A stretch of 64,000 nt of DNA, taken from Bacteroidales bacterium (GTDB taxonomy: Bacteria; Bacteroidota; Bacteroidia; Bacteroidales; VadinHA17). Where the stretch lies: the NCBI GenBank assembly GCA_029932855.1, contig JAOZPG010000005.1, forward strand, positions 829-64,828, read 5' to 3'. This document shows, piece after piece, positions 26,418-36,100 of the stretch. Made by a program: the position numbers and the translations under genes. Within the stretch, counting starts at the first letter, position 1. The number at the start of each line of letters is the position of its first letter. The notes below the pieces were generated by a model. It did not search any database. It was not told the DNA's origin and saw only the letters and a program-made list of their open reading frames with translations.

Positions 26418-27854
26418 ATGAAGTCAAAGCTGCATATAGTCCACAATCTGGCCATATCATTAATATTTATTTCTTTATGGCCTTTTGCCTCAACTTTATC
26501 TGCTCAGGACAGCCTTGTTGTTTCAATTGATACAAGCGATTATATTAAAGGAAACATAAATTATAATTTACTGATAGCCTCATACAAGGGATATGGAAGC
26601 GAGATAATCAGGCTTCTTAACATGGGAGCCTCTATAGATTATTGCTCAGATGAAGGCCTTAGTCCGTTGATGTACGCAGTTTCTGAAAGACAGATAGAGG
26701 CTGTAAAAATATTATTACTTAACGGTGCCGATCCCAATTTCGATCCTTTCCTTATAGAACCTCCTCTGGTTATCAGCGCCAGGAATGGATTTGCCGGGAT
26801 AACAGAGGAGTTAATAATTTCCGGAGCATATCTATTGGGAAAGGACCAGTACGGGGCAAGCCCTCTACACTATGCGGCGGCCTATAATTATCCTGTAATT
26901 GCAGATATGCTTCTGTATTACGGGGCTAAAGCTGATGTAGAGGATTATAGCCTCACAACACCCCTGATGGCTGCAACATATAGTGGCAACATTGGTGTAG
27001 CAAGACTTTTAATTAAGTATGGTGCACAAAGCACAAAAAAAGACATAAATGGTATTACTCCTTTAATGATTGCAGCACAGGCTGGCGATAGCCTGTTCGC
27101 AGGCTTCCTGATTGATAATGGAGCCAGGCTTGGCAGTAAAAGTGTAAATGGTAACAGTGCCCTGAACTCGGCGATATCTAATGATCACACATCAGTTCTT
27201 GATCTGTTTTATATTAAGAAATCTGAGCTCTTAAAAAAGGAACTTAAAAATACTCATCCTTACCTTATTAGCAGGAAATATAGCAGCAGGAATACTGAAA
27301 AATGGCTCAGGGAACACAATATAAAAAAGGACATGAGCCTGGGATTTTCTGAACTACATCTGGGAGGCGGCATCAGTGTCAACCAGGGAGATGCTTTATG
27401 GGGCTTTGCTGCGGGACTGAAGGAAGATTATACCGGTATATGTGCTGATCTGGAATATCGCACCAGGATAGGGCCAAAAAGAGTATTGTACGAACAGGAT
27501 AACAACAACTATTACCAGTTCTGGGAAAAAAGAAGAATGAGCTCTGTTCATATTTACAAGTTGTTTAAAATAATGTTCAGGGAAGGCATAAGCGGACCCT
27601 CTGCAGGTATCAGGGGACTTTATATTTTCGGACCCCTTAACAGGGGATCAGAACTGAAGCCGGAAAAACTCTGGAAAATTAGTCCCACGATAGGATGGAG
27701 CTTCAAGAACAAGAATTACCGTTTTGATATAAGCTATGAATACCTGTCGCTTGAATATCCGGATGAGAAAGCTCACTGGATTAACCTGTCACTATTTTAC
27801 AACATTCCTTTAAAAGCAAATAACTTCTCAAATAAGGAAATACCATGGTATTAG
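26418..27854 (+). CDS. secreted ankyrin-repeat protein with C-terminal beta-barrel-like domain
   Basis: Signal peptide (LISLIFISLWPFASTLSAQ). About 6-7 ANK repeats (G.SPLMYAV....EAVKILLLNGADPN; ASPLHYAAAYNYPVIADMLLYYGAKADVED; TTPLMAATYSGNIGVARLLIKYGA...). The last ~180 aa have alternating aromatic strands. Confidence 0.75.
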   Translation: MKSKLHIVHNLAISLIFISLWPFASTLSAQDSLVVSIDTSDYIKGNINYNLLIASYKGYGSEIIRLLNMGASIDYCSDEGLSPLMYAVSERQIEAVKILLLNGADPNFDPFLIEPPLVISARNGFAGITEELIISGAYLLGKDQYGASPLHYAAAYNYPVIADMLLYYGAKADVEDYSLTTPLMAATYSGNIGVARLLIKYGAQSTKKDINGITPLMIAAQAGDSLFAGFLIDNGARLGSKSVNGNSALNSAISNDHTSVLDLFYIKKSELLKKELKNTHPYLISRKYSSRNTEKWLREHNIKKDMSLGFSELHLGGGISVNQGDALWGFAAGLKEDYTGICADLEYRTRIGPKRVLYEQDNNNYYQFWEKRRMSSVHIYKLFKIMFREGISGPSAGIRGLYIFGPLNRGSELKPEKLWKISPTIGWSFKNKNYRFDISYEYLSLEYPDEKAHWINLSLFYNIPLKANNFSNKEIPWY

Positions 27855-27856
27855 AA

Positions 27857-28291
27857 ATGAATAATATTAAGAACATTTCTTTCTGGCTCTTTAGCTTATT
27901 ACTGGTCAGTACTTTTATAAGCAGCTGTTCTGACACTAGCCTTGTAGATGTTAACTGTGATGAATGTATTTCATATAAACCTGATGTCGGGGAACTTTAT
28001 ATAGATGTTACAATAAATGAAGAATATCCTGAGGTAGCTGTTATAGTTTTCAAGGGAAGAATAGAAAATATGGATACCTTACTAACAGATACTATATATG
28101 AAGAAAGGGGCTATATTGATGTCCCACTGAATAATTATTACTCTGTAATGGCAGAGTATCACTCCGGGAACGATCTGATCAGGGCAGTTGACGGAGATGA
28201 TTTTGAAACTTATAAAGTGGAAAATGAGTGTGAAGGAATATGCTGGATCATAAGGGGTGGGATTTATAATGTAAAACTAAAATACAGGTAG
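27857..28291 (+). CDS. small lipoprotein, unknown function
   Basis: Lipobox LVSTFISSC after a hydrophobic signal. Cys-rich. The start region overlaps the stop of the ankyrin gene. Confidence 0.5.
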   Translation: MNNIKNISFWLFSLLLVSTFISSCSDTSLVDVNCDECISYKPDVGELYIDVTINEEYPEVAVIVFKGRIENMDTLLTDTIYEERGYIDVPLNNYYSVMAEYHSGNDLIRAVDGDDFETYKVENECEGICWIIRGGIYNVKLKYR

Positions 28292-28342
28292 TCATACTCA
28301 TTCCAGGTTACTGACAGCTTAATCAAAATGTATATTACTGAC

Positions 28343-29458
28343 TCAGTGCCTTGCGTGGAAGGCCATTAAGGGAAGACTGGTCTTGCAAAACACCTTTTTG
28401 GTAATACTTGGCTGAATGATACTTGTAAGAAGGTTCCTTCTTCGGGTTGTCAGTACAATCATGTCTATTTCTTTTGCAGACACAAATTCGTTGAGGCTAT
28501 CTTCAATGCAATCATCCTCACTTATACTGCAAGAAAGCATTAGCTCGGGATATCCTTTTCTGAAATATTCCTTAAGGGCCTCCATTTTCATTTTTTCAAG
28601 TGTATGATCTCCCCTGCCAACATGTATGCAATAAACAAATAATTCAAAAATGCTAAATAAGCTGATCAGTCTGCTGATAGCAAAAAAATCATACTCATCG
28701 AAATTGGTCGCATATACAATTTTCAGTTTCCCCTTTTCATTATCAAACTTCAGGTCTTCAGGTATAACAAGAACAGGGAACCTGGCTTTCAGAAGCACTC
28801 TTATTGCGGAACTGCCAAACATTTCCTTTCTGCGGTCCATTCCACTGGCCCCCATAACTATCAGCTGTGGGTTTAACTGCCTGCTGTATGTAAGGATTGC
28901 ATCAGCAGTTATCCCGGGTTCAATGGCTGCTGAAAATTTAATTTTCTTTGCCGTTTGCCATGGAAGCTCTGCTTTAAGCTCATTTATAAAATCTTTTAAT
29001 GTTGCCTCCGACTCTTTTTTAATATTTCCCAGCTGATTTGTAACATCTCCCTGGTAAACAAAAGTCTCGGAAAAAGCCATGTTGGCAGGGTCTGGAGCAT
29101 AATAAACATAAAGGAATCTTATTTCAGAGCTAGCAAATTTTTCTGCTAGCTTTACTGCATATAATGCTGCATTTTTCGAAGGCAAAGAAAAATCAACAGG
29201 GACCAGTATTATATCAATACCGCTTTTATCAGGAAAATATATTTTATCCACCCTTTCAGTCTCGAACTCTCTTACAAGCAGCATTGCTCTCTCAGTATCA
29301 CTCTCACTTACCTTAAGTTCCACATACTGTGACAGGCTTGGCCTTACAACATTCACATTACTCAATATGCACCTTATGCCATCAGTCTCAAGTATGCTTT
29401 TTAATATCAGGGCCTGCGCATAAGGTGTTGTGGTAACAGTATACAGCTTTGTGCTCAT
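28343..29458 (-). CDS. tandem universal stress protein (UspA) domains with an N-terminal small regulatory-type domain
   Basis: Two UspA-like halves (ILVPVDFS...; KIVYATNF...VLTTRRR). The N-terminal ~70 aa resemble a DUF2007-like beta-alpha-beta module. Confidence 0.6.
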   Translation of the reverse strand: MSTKLYTVTTTPYAQALILKSILETDGIRCILSNVNVVRPSLSQYVELKVSESDTERAMLLVREFETERVDKIYFPDKSGIDIILVPVDFSLPSKNAALYAVKLAEKFASSEIRFLYVYYAPDPANMAFSETFVYQGDVTNQLGNIKKESEATLKDFINELKAELPWQTAKKIKFSAAIEPGITADAILTYSRQLNPQLIVMGASGMDRRKEMFGSSAIRVLLKARFPVLVIPEDLKFDNEKGKLKIVYATNFDEYDFFAISRLISLFSIFELFVYCIHVGRGDHTLEKMKMEALKEYFRKGYPELMLSCSISEDDCIEDSLNEFVSAKEIDMIVLTTRRRNLLTSIIQPSITKKVFCKTSLPLMAFHARH

Positions 29459-29555
29459 TTGATAAATATTAAAATAACAAAAGCCTCCTTGAGCTATTTA
29501 AGATACGAAAAAACCCTGATAATTACAAAAAACTATATCTTTCTGTTCAGGATAC

Positions 29556-29582
29556 AACAGGCAATAATCTCAGCTGCCTGTT
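29556..29582 (-). terminator. hairpin immediately after the cls stop
   Basis: Perfect 8-bp stem AACAGGCA/TGCCTGTT with an 11-nt loop, 3 nt downstream of the stop. No clear U-tract. Confidence 0.4.
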
Positions 29583-29585
29583 GCT

Positions 29586-31058
29586 TTAGTACAATGGACC
29601 CAAAATGCGTGACAGGGATTCCTTGATTTTGTTTTTCAATGGCCTTTTTTTCCAGGTAGCCAGCTTAAGCTTGCGGCTGCCTTCAAGGTCTTTAAGATAT
29701 TTCTTAACAAGAATCTTAGATACTGCCTCATCATAGATATGGGCATTTACTTCAAAATTGAGATCGAAGCTCCTGTTATCAAGATTAGCCGTTCCTACTG
29801 AACAAAATACATCATCAACCAACAAGAGCTTGGAATGATTAAATCCATTCCTGAAAAGATAAACTTCAATACCTGCATCCAGCAGTTCCCCTATATAAGA
29901 AAACGAATTCCAGTATGAAACAGTAGAATCGGATGATGCCGGCAATAATACTTTTACATCTACGCCTCCCAGTGACATTGTTACCAGGGCGGTAAGTATT
30001 GACTCAGTGGGTGAAAAATACGGAGTGGATATATAAATGCTCTTACGTGCTGAAGTTATCGCTGCAAGATATGCCTGCAATATTGAAGCCCAGTCTGAAT
30101 CCGGTCCGCTGGCGGTAATCTGTACTACCTGTTGTTTATCTGCCTTATAATCAGGAAAATACTTGGCAGGATTACCTATTCCCCTGCCTGAAACAAAGTA
30201 CCAGTCAACAGAAAAGATAGTCTGCAAAGACTTTACCGCTTCACCATCAATTTTAAGATGAGTATCTTTCCATGCACCAAGCCTTTTTGTCCCCTTAATA
30301 TACTTATCGGCAATATTCATTCCTCCCACAAATCCGACTTTACCATCAATAACAACTATCTTTCTGTGATTGCGAAAATTCATTTTAGAGGTAAAGTAAG
30401 GAAAACGTACGGGCATGAATACTTTAATCTGTATTCCCTCTTCCCTCAGGCTTCTGACATAAGACTTACTTATCTTCCAGCTGCCAACATCATCATAGAT
30501 CAGTCTTATTTTTATTCCCTGCCTGGCCTTTTTTATAAGAGCTTCCTTTATCCTGTTTCCAATATTATCAGATTCCCAACGGTAAAACTCCATATGAATA
30601 TGATCCTCTGCAGCCTCAACAGCCTCTATTATAGATTTAAAGGTCTGTTCCCCGTCAAACAATAATTCCACCCTGTTAAATCTTGTAAGAATGGACTTGG
30701 AATTCCTGAGAAGCAATAAAATAATGTTTGATTTATTCCTTATCGCCCGGCTATTCAGTGCGTTAAGATTCTCGAAATTCTTCAGCTGGCTATAACTGAT
30801 ATTTGCCATTCGTTTCAAATCCCTGAGTCCCTTCCTGGAGAATAGCTTCTGCTTCCTGTAATTCTGCCCGAACATTATATAGAACACTATGCCCAGGACA
30901 GGCACCAGCATGATTACAAGAGTCCAGGAAATTGTTTTTACCGGGTCTCTGTTCTCCAGTATTATCATAGATATAAGGAACAATATGCTTATGCCATACA
31001 AAACAGACAGCACCAGGCTTAAATATATCCCAAAACTACTCCATAATATGAGGCTCAT
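29586..31058 (-). CDS. cls: cardiolipin synthase
   Basis: Two PLD HKD motifs (NHRKIVVIDG, NHSKLLLVDD) and two N-terminal TM helices. Start taken at MSLILWSS. Confidence 0.9.
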   Translation of the reverse strand: MSLILWSSFGIYLSLVLSVLYGISILFLISMIILENRDPVKTISWTLVIMLVPVLGIVFYIMFGQNYRKQKLFSRKGLRDLKRMANISYSQLKNFENLNALNSRAIRNKSNIILLLLRNSKSILTRFNRVELLFDGEQTFKSIIEAVEAAEDHIHMEFYRWESDNIGNRIKEALIKKARQGIKIRLIYDDVGSWKISKSYVRSLREEGIQIKVFMPVRFPYFTSKMNFRNHRKIVVIDGKVGFVGGMNIADKYIKGTKRLGAWKDTHLKIDGEAVKSLQTIFSVDWYFVSGRGIGNPAKYFPDYKADKQQVVQITASGPDSDWASILQAYLAAITSARKSIYISTPYFSPTESILTALVTMSLGGVDVKVLLPASSDSTVSYWNSFSYIGELLDAGIEVYLFRNGFNHSKLLLVDDVFCSVGTANLDNRSFDLNFEVNAHIYDEAVSKILVKKYLKDLEGSRKLKLATWKKRPLKNKIKESLSRILGPLY

Positions 31059-31168
31059 TACATCGATAACCCGGTATATTAATTTACAATTAAAAGATAG
31101 TGAAAAATATGAGAATGTCAATAAATTTATATCTATGCCTGTAAACCAGATCATTTATTAGCAGGCAT

Positions 31169-31202
31169 AAAAAAAGGCTGTCTCTTTTCAATTGAGACAG
31201 CC
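31169..31202 (-). terminator. intrinsic terminator after the OMP gene
   Basis: Minus strand reads GGCUGUCUC-AAUUGAAAA-GAGACAGCC (perfect 9-bp stem) followed by UUUUUUU. Confidence 0.8.
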
Positions 31203-31226
31203 TGTAAATTCGTTGAACCAGATTAT

Positions 31227-31832
31227 CTAAAACATTATCCCAACGCTAATCAGGAACTGGCTTTGTTTGGTGCTTGGGTTCAGGTCACCGACAACATCCG
31301 GCAAGGTTATCTCGTCACTTACCTCGGTTATAGGTCCTTCATACCTGGCATCAAATGTAAGTTTACCAAGAAGATCCATACCCAGTCCAAGCTGGTATCC
31401 CCAGGTCATGGCTTTCATGTCAGCTTCCATTCCCTCAAGAGAGTAATTTTCACTGATCTGCAACATACCAACAGGACCCGCATTCAACCTTATCGGACCC
31501 AGTTTTACACCTGCCAGCAATGGAATATCTATTCTTTTCAGGTCAATACTCTCAATGCTTGGAGGATCAATCCCGTTATCATATGAGAAACTGCCACCTG
31601 TTGCTGTAAAATATGCTTCAGGCTGAACATATACCATAAGTATCTTTAACCTGTAAAAAGCACCTGCATGAAATCCCCATGTTGCATCTTTTGCTTCTGT
31701 AAAAGCCGAGTTGGCACTTTCAATTTTAAATGAAGCTGTATTAACACCTGCCTTAATTCCAAACTGAGCCTGTGCCGCTACAACCAGCATAGTAAATACA
31801 AATACAAATAATAACTTTTTCATAATCTTCAA
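31227..31832 (-). CDS. small outer-membrane beta-barrel protein (OmpW/porin-like)
   Basis: Signal peptide ending AQAQ, alternating-strand pattern, C-terminal ...ISVGIMF. Confidence 0.55.
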   Translation of the reverse strand: MKIMKKLLFVFVFTMLVVAAQAQFGIKAGVNTASFKIESANSAFTEAKDATWGFHAGAFYRLKILMVYVQPEAYFTATGGSFSYDNGIDPPSIESIDLKRIDIPLLAGVKLGPIRLNAGPVGMLQISENYSLEGMEADMKAMTWGYQLGLGMDLLGKLTFDARYEGPITEVSDEITLPDVVGDLNPSTKQSQFLISVGIMF

Positions 31833-32048
31833 TTTTGATTTAAAATTTCCACTAATATATATAACTTTTGCTTAGCTGTCAAAGCAGTAAGCAATAAGCA
31901 CTACTTCTTCTTTAACGTTTTTTACCGGTCATTGTTACTATAATCTGCAAGCTTTTTAATATTGCAGATATCTCATCAGTTCTTTGTATAGACTGTATTT
32001 GTAGCTAAGAGGTTGCCTGTATGATGCCGGAAAATAACTACCTTTATC

Positions 32049-33167
32049 ATGATGGATGTTAAAATAACAATTATTGGTGCAGGTATTGTTGGTTTAGCCA
32101 TAGCCAGAAGGCTGTCAAAAACCACTGAGGATGTGTTTATTATAGAAAAAAACAATGATTTCGGACAGGAAAGCAGCAGCAGGAACTCTGAGGTCATTCA
32201 TTCGGGAATATATTATCCTGAAGGTTCATTAAAATCCCAACTTTGTGTAAGTGGCAACAGGATGTTATATGAATATTGCAGCATAAATGACATAGCTTTT
32301 AATAAATGTGGTAAACTAATAATCTCATCCTCCGGCAATGATGAACTAAAACTCAGATCCATACTCGAATCTGCAAGAAAGAATGGAGTTAAGGATGGCC
32401 GGATCATAGACAAGGATGAAATCGGACTGCTGGAGCCATATATTAATGCCAGCTCAGCCATTTATTTCCCTTCCTCAGGAATTGTGGATAGTCATTCACT
32501 TATGAAGCAATTTGAGACTGATGCACTTAATAATCAATGCCAGACTGTTTATGGCTCAGAAGTAATTGCCATAAAGAAGCTAAAAAAAGGCTTTGAACTT
32601 CAGTTAAAGGAAAATGATGGCAGCAGCTATAGTTTTACATCAGAGATAGTAATAAACTCGGCAGGATTGAGTGCTGACAAGCTGGCGGCTATGCCCGGGA
32701 TTAATAATAATAAGTATAAGATATATTACTGGAAGGGAGAATATTTTGGTCTGGCCAACGGCAAACACAAATATATATCCAGCCTGGTTTATCCTCTTCC
32801 AGAACAAAACAATGTCGGACTTGGAATACATACCACCATTGACCTGGCAGGAATGGTCAGACTGGGTCCTAATGCCTTATTTCTTAAAGATAACAAAATC
32901 GATTACTCAGTGGATCCCGATCATTCCAGACTGTTTTATGAATCTGCAAGGGACTTTCTCCCCTTCCTTGAATATAAAGATCTTTATCCGGAACTCGCAG
33001 GAATCAGACCAAAATTACAGAAACCGGGTGATGCTGTAAGGGACTTCATTATACGGGAAGAGTCAGATTCCGGCTATCCCGGCATGATCAATCTGGTCGG
33101 CATTGAATCACCAGGACTCACAGCATGCCTGAGCATAGCAGAATATGTTAGTAGTCTTATTCCTTAA
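32049..33167 (+). CDS. FAD-dependent oxidoreductase (L-2-hydroxyglutarate oxidase LhgO-like)
   Basis: IIGAGIVGLAIARRL dinucleotide fold and SSRNSEVIHSGIYY, characteristic of the LhgO/DAO subgroup. Confidence 0.7.
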   Translation: MMDVKITIIGAGIVGLAIARRLSKTTEDVFIIEKNNDFGQESSSRNSEVIHSGIYYPEGSLKSQLCVSGNRMLYEYCSINDIAFNKCGKLIISSSGNDELKLRSILESARKNGVKDGRIIDKDEIGLLEPYINASSAIYFPSSGIVDSHSLMKQFETDALNNQCQTVYGSEVIAIKKLKKGFELQLKENDGSSYSFTSEIVINSAGLSADKLAAMPGINNNKYKIYYWKGEYFGLANGKHKYISSLVYPLPEQNNVGLGIHTTIDLAGMVRLGPNALFLKDNKIDYSVDPDHSRLFYESARDFLPFLEYKDLYPELAGIRPKLQKPGDAVRDFIIREESDSGYPGMINLVGIESPGLTACLSIAEYVSSLIP

Positions 33168-36100
33168 AAAGCAGGGATGTAAACTTTAAAAATTGTGCCT
33201 TTACCGGGAGCTGAATCCACATCTATTATTCCGTTGTGTCCGCTAACAATACCATGCACAACTGCAAGTCCGAGCCCGGTACCTTCACCAACTTCTTTAG
33301 TAGTAAAAAATGGCTCGAATATCCTTTCCATTACTTTTTCCTGTATTCCCGGACCGTCATCTTTAATAATGAACTCAATATAATCGGTTTTTACAAGACC
33401 CGGGTGATCTTCATAAAGATCAAGCGGGTTCTCCAGTAATCTCATTGATATCTCAATCTTTCCGCCATTATCTGATAATGCCTGAGCCGCATTATTCAGA
33501 AGGTTCATAAACACCTGTTGCATCTGGCTTGGATCGGCCATAACAGGTTTACACTTTTTACATTGTTTACGGCTTATTTTAATATTTGAAGAAATTGAAG
33601 GCTTAAAAAGGCCAAGAGCTTCTTCAAGCACATTTTCCAGATCAACCAGCCTGGATTCGGCTTCCATATTCTTACTAAAGGCAAGCATTTTATTAACAAG
33701 AGTCTTTGCCCTGTTCATTGTCCTGGCCATATGCCCCAGGTATTCTGCCGCAGTGGAAGTTTCAGGAACGTCTTCCAATATCATCTCATTATAACCAAGC
33801 AGGGTCCCTATAATATTATTAAAGTCATGTGCTATTCCCCCGGCAAGTGTTCCAACCGTTTCCAGCTTTTGAGACTGTCTCAGCTGGAATTCAAGCATAC
33901 TTTCTCTTGTGATGTCTCTCTTAACCGCTACAAAATTGCTTATTACTCCCGATTCATCCTTAACAGGTGTAATATTCACCCTTTCTGTATATAAACTGCC
34001 ATCTTTTTTCTTATTGATTATATTGCCACTCCATGAATCACCGGCATTTATTGTTGACCACAGTACATTGTAAAATTCATTTGATTGTTTACCTGATTTG
34101 AACATGCTGGGAGTCTTGCCTATTGCCTCACTCCTGCTATAACCTGAACTCTTTTCACATGCCATGTTAGCATATTGTATTTCACCTTGGGTATTTGTTA
34201 TAACCACTGTTTCATTGAGCTGTTCCATAACTGTAAATAACTTTAGCTCTTCTTCCTCTACCAGTTTTCTTTTTAATATACCGGTAAACTGATAGATAAT
34301 ATTTGAAAGCCTGTTTAATTTTGATTCATCTGCTTTTTGCGGGCTGATACATATTGCATGACCCAGTATCTCCTCGCCTATATACAAGGGGAAATTTATA
34401 ATTGATTTTATATTCAGTAGTTTATTTATCTTTTCAGCTTCCTTTTGATTGCTCCCCGTATTCATTACATCTTTTATCATTCTCAATATCCCCGTCCTGC
34501 TATCAACCAGCCATGGAGTTTTCTTTGAGAACATTTTATAAAAAAACTTACTATTTTCTTCTCTCAGAGGTGTCTGATCTCTTTTAAGTAAAATTAAATT
34601 CTTTAACTCAGGGGAAGTGTTTTTAGGAATATAGAAATAGCGAAACCGGAACTCTTTCTTTCGGCTATCCCAAAGAAGTAACCTGAATGAATATCCCCGG
34701 AACAGGGAATATATTTGCATTGAAAAATAATTAAGAATGCTTTCCAGTCCGAAATTCTTATTTGCATACAGATTGAGCTTATTTATCAGGCTCAGGTCTT
34801 CTGTACGTTCAATATTCTGCTTCTCAATTTTTTTCTGCTGACTAATGTCCACAATCATTATTATTACATTAGTGATACTATTGTTTGAGTCTTTTATCAC
34901 CGTACAACCGGTATGGCCCCATATATCTTCACCTTTCTTGTTAATATACCTTTTCACCATATTAAAAGAATCAATTTCACCATTTTTCATTCTAGTCATA
35001 TATTCCTTTGATCTCTCCAGATCAGCGGGATGTGTAAGGCTATAAATAACTGCTTTTGTAAGCTCTCTTCTTTTGTAGCCAAATAACTTCTCAAAAGCTT
35101 TGTTTACCTGTATAAGCTCACCATCTCCATCCTCCAGCAACATTGCAAAATGTCCCTGCATGAACAATGTCTCAAATTTCACCTCTGTTTCTTTCTGTGC
35201 AACCTGGGCTTTGATCTTCTCCGAAATATCCCAGAAAGAAGCCTGAATGAGCTCCCTGCCAGAGATACTGATCTTTTTTGCCTGCACCTCAACCGGTATT
35301 TTTTCTTGTCCCTTCGGTAATATATAGATGACATCCAGAATATTTTCCGGCTTGTCTTCCGATTTACCGGAGAATATATTTTCAAGTCTTTTAACCTGCT
35401 CTGAGGGGTGATTAACTGAAAAATGAGCCGTAATGATCTGTTCTCTGGGTTTATTAAGCAGCTTAACAGCAGTATTATTAATATCAACTACTTTACCCGA
35501 TCCCGGATCAATAAGAAAAATGGCATCAACAGCGTCTTCAAAAACTGCCCTGAATCTTTCTTCACTTTCGACCAGGAGTTTTTCAGATTCCTTTCTTATT
35601 GTAATATCCCTTACTATTGCCTGAAGAAAGATTTCATTATTAAAGAACATAGTAGTAAGACTTACATCCGTATAGAATTCTGTTCCGTCTTTCTTTTTAT
35701 GCAACCATTCAAACCTTGCAGACTTCCCTCTATAGGCCATGTCTAACATTCCCTTTGCCTTTTCTTCTGATCTGCGTCCATCAAACTGAAACTCAGGGGA
35801 ATAATCAACCGGAGTTTTCCCAATTATCTCTTCTTTTTTGCAACGAAACAATTCAAGGGTTTTTGCATTGCAGTCAACAAATATGTTATCCTTTAATATA
35901 AAAATAGAATCATTTGCATCCTCAAATATGTTCCTGAATTTATTTTCACTCTGGACAACACGATCCTCATCAATTTTTCTCTTGAGGATTGAACTAAGTT
36001 GCTCGGCAATAGCTCTAAGCCTTGAAAGTTCACTTCCGGAAAAATATGTTTTCCTGGCAATATTAAATACCCCAAGTATTTTATTGCCTGAGATCAGGGG

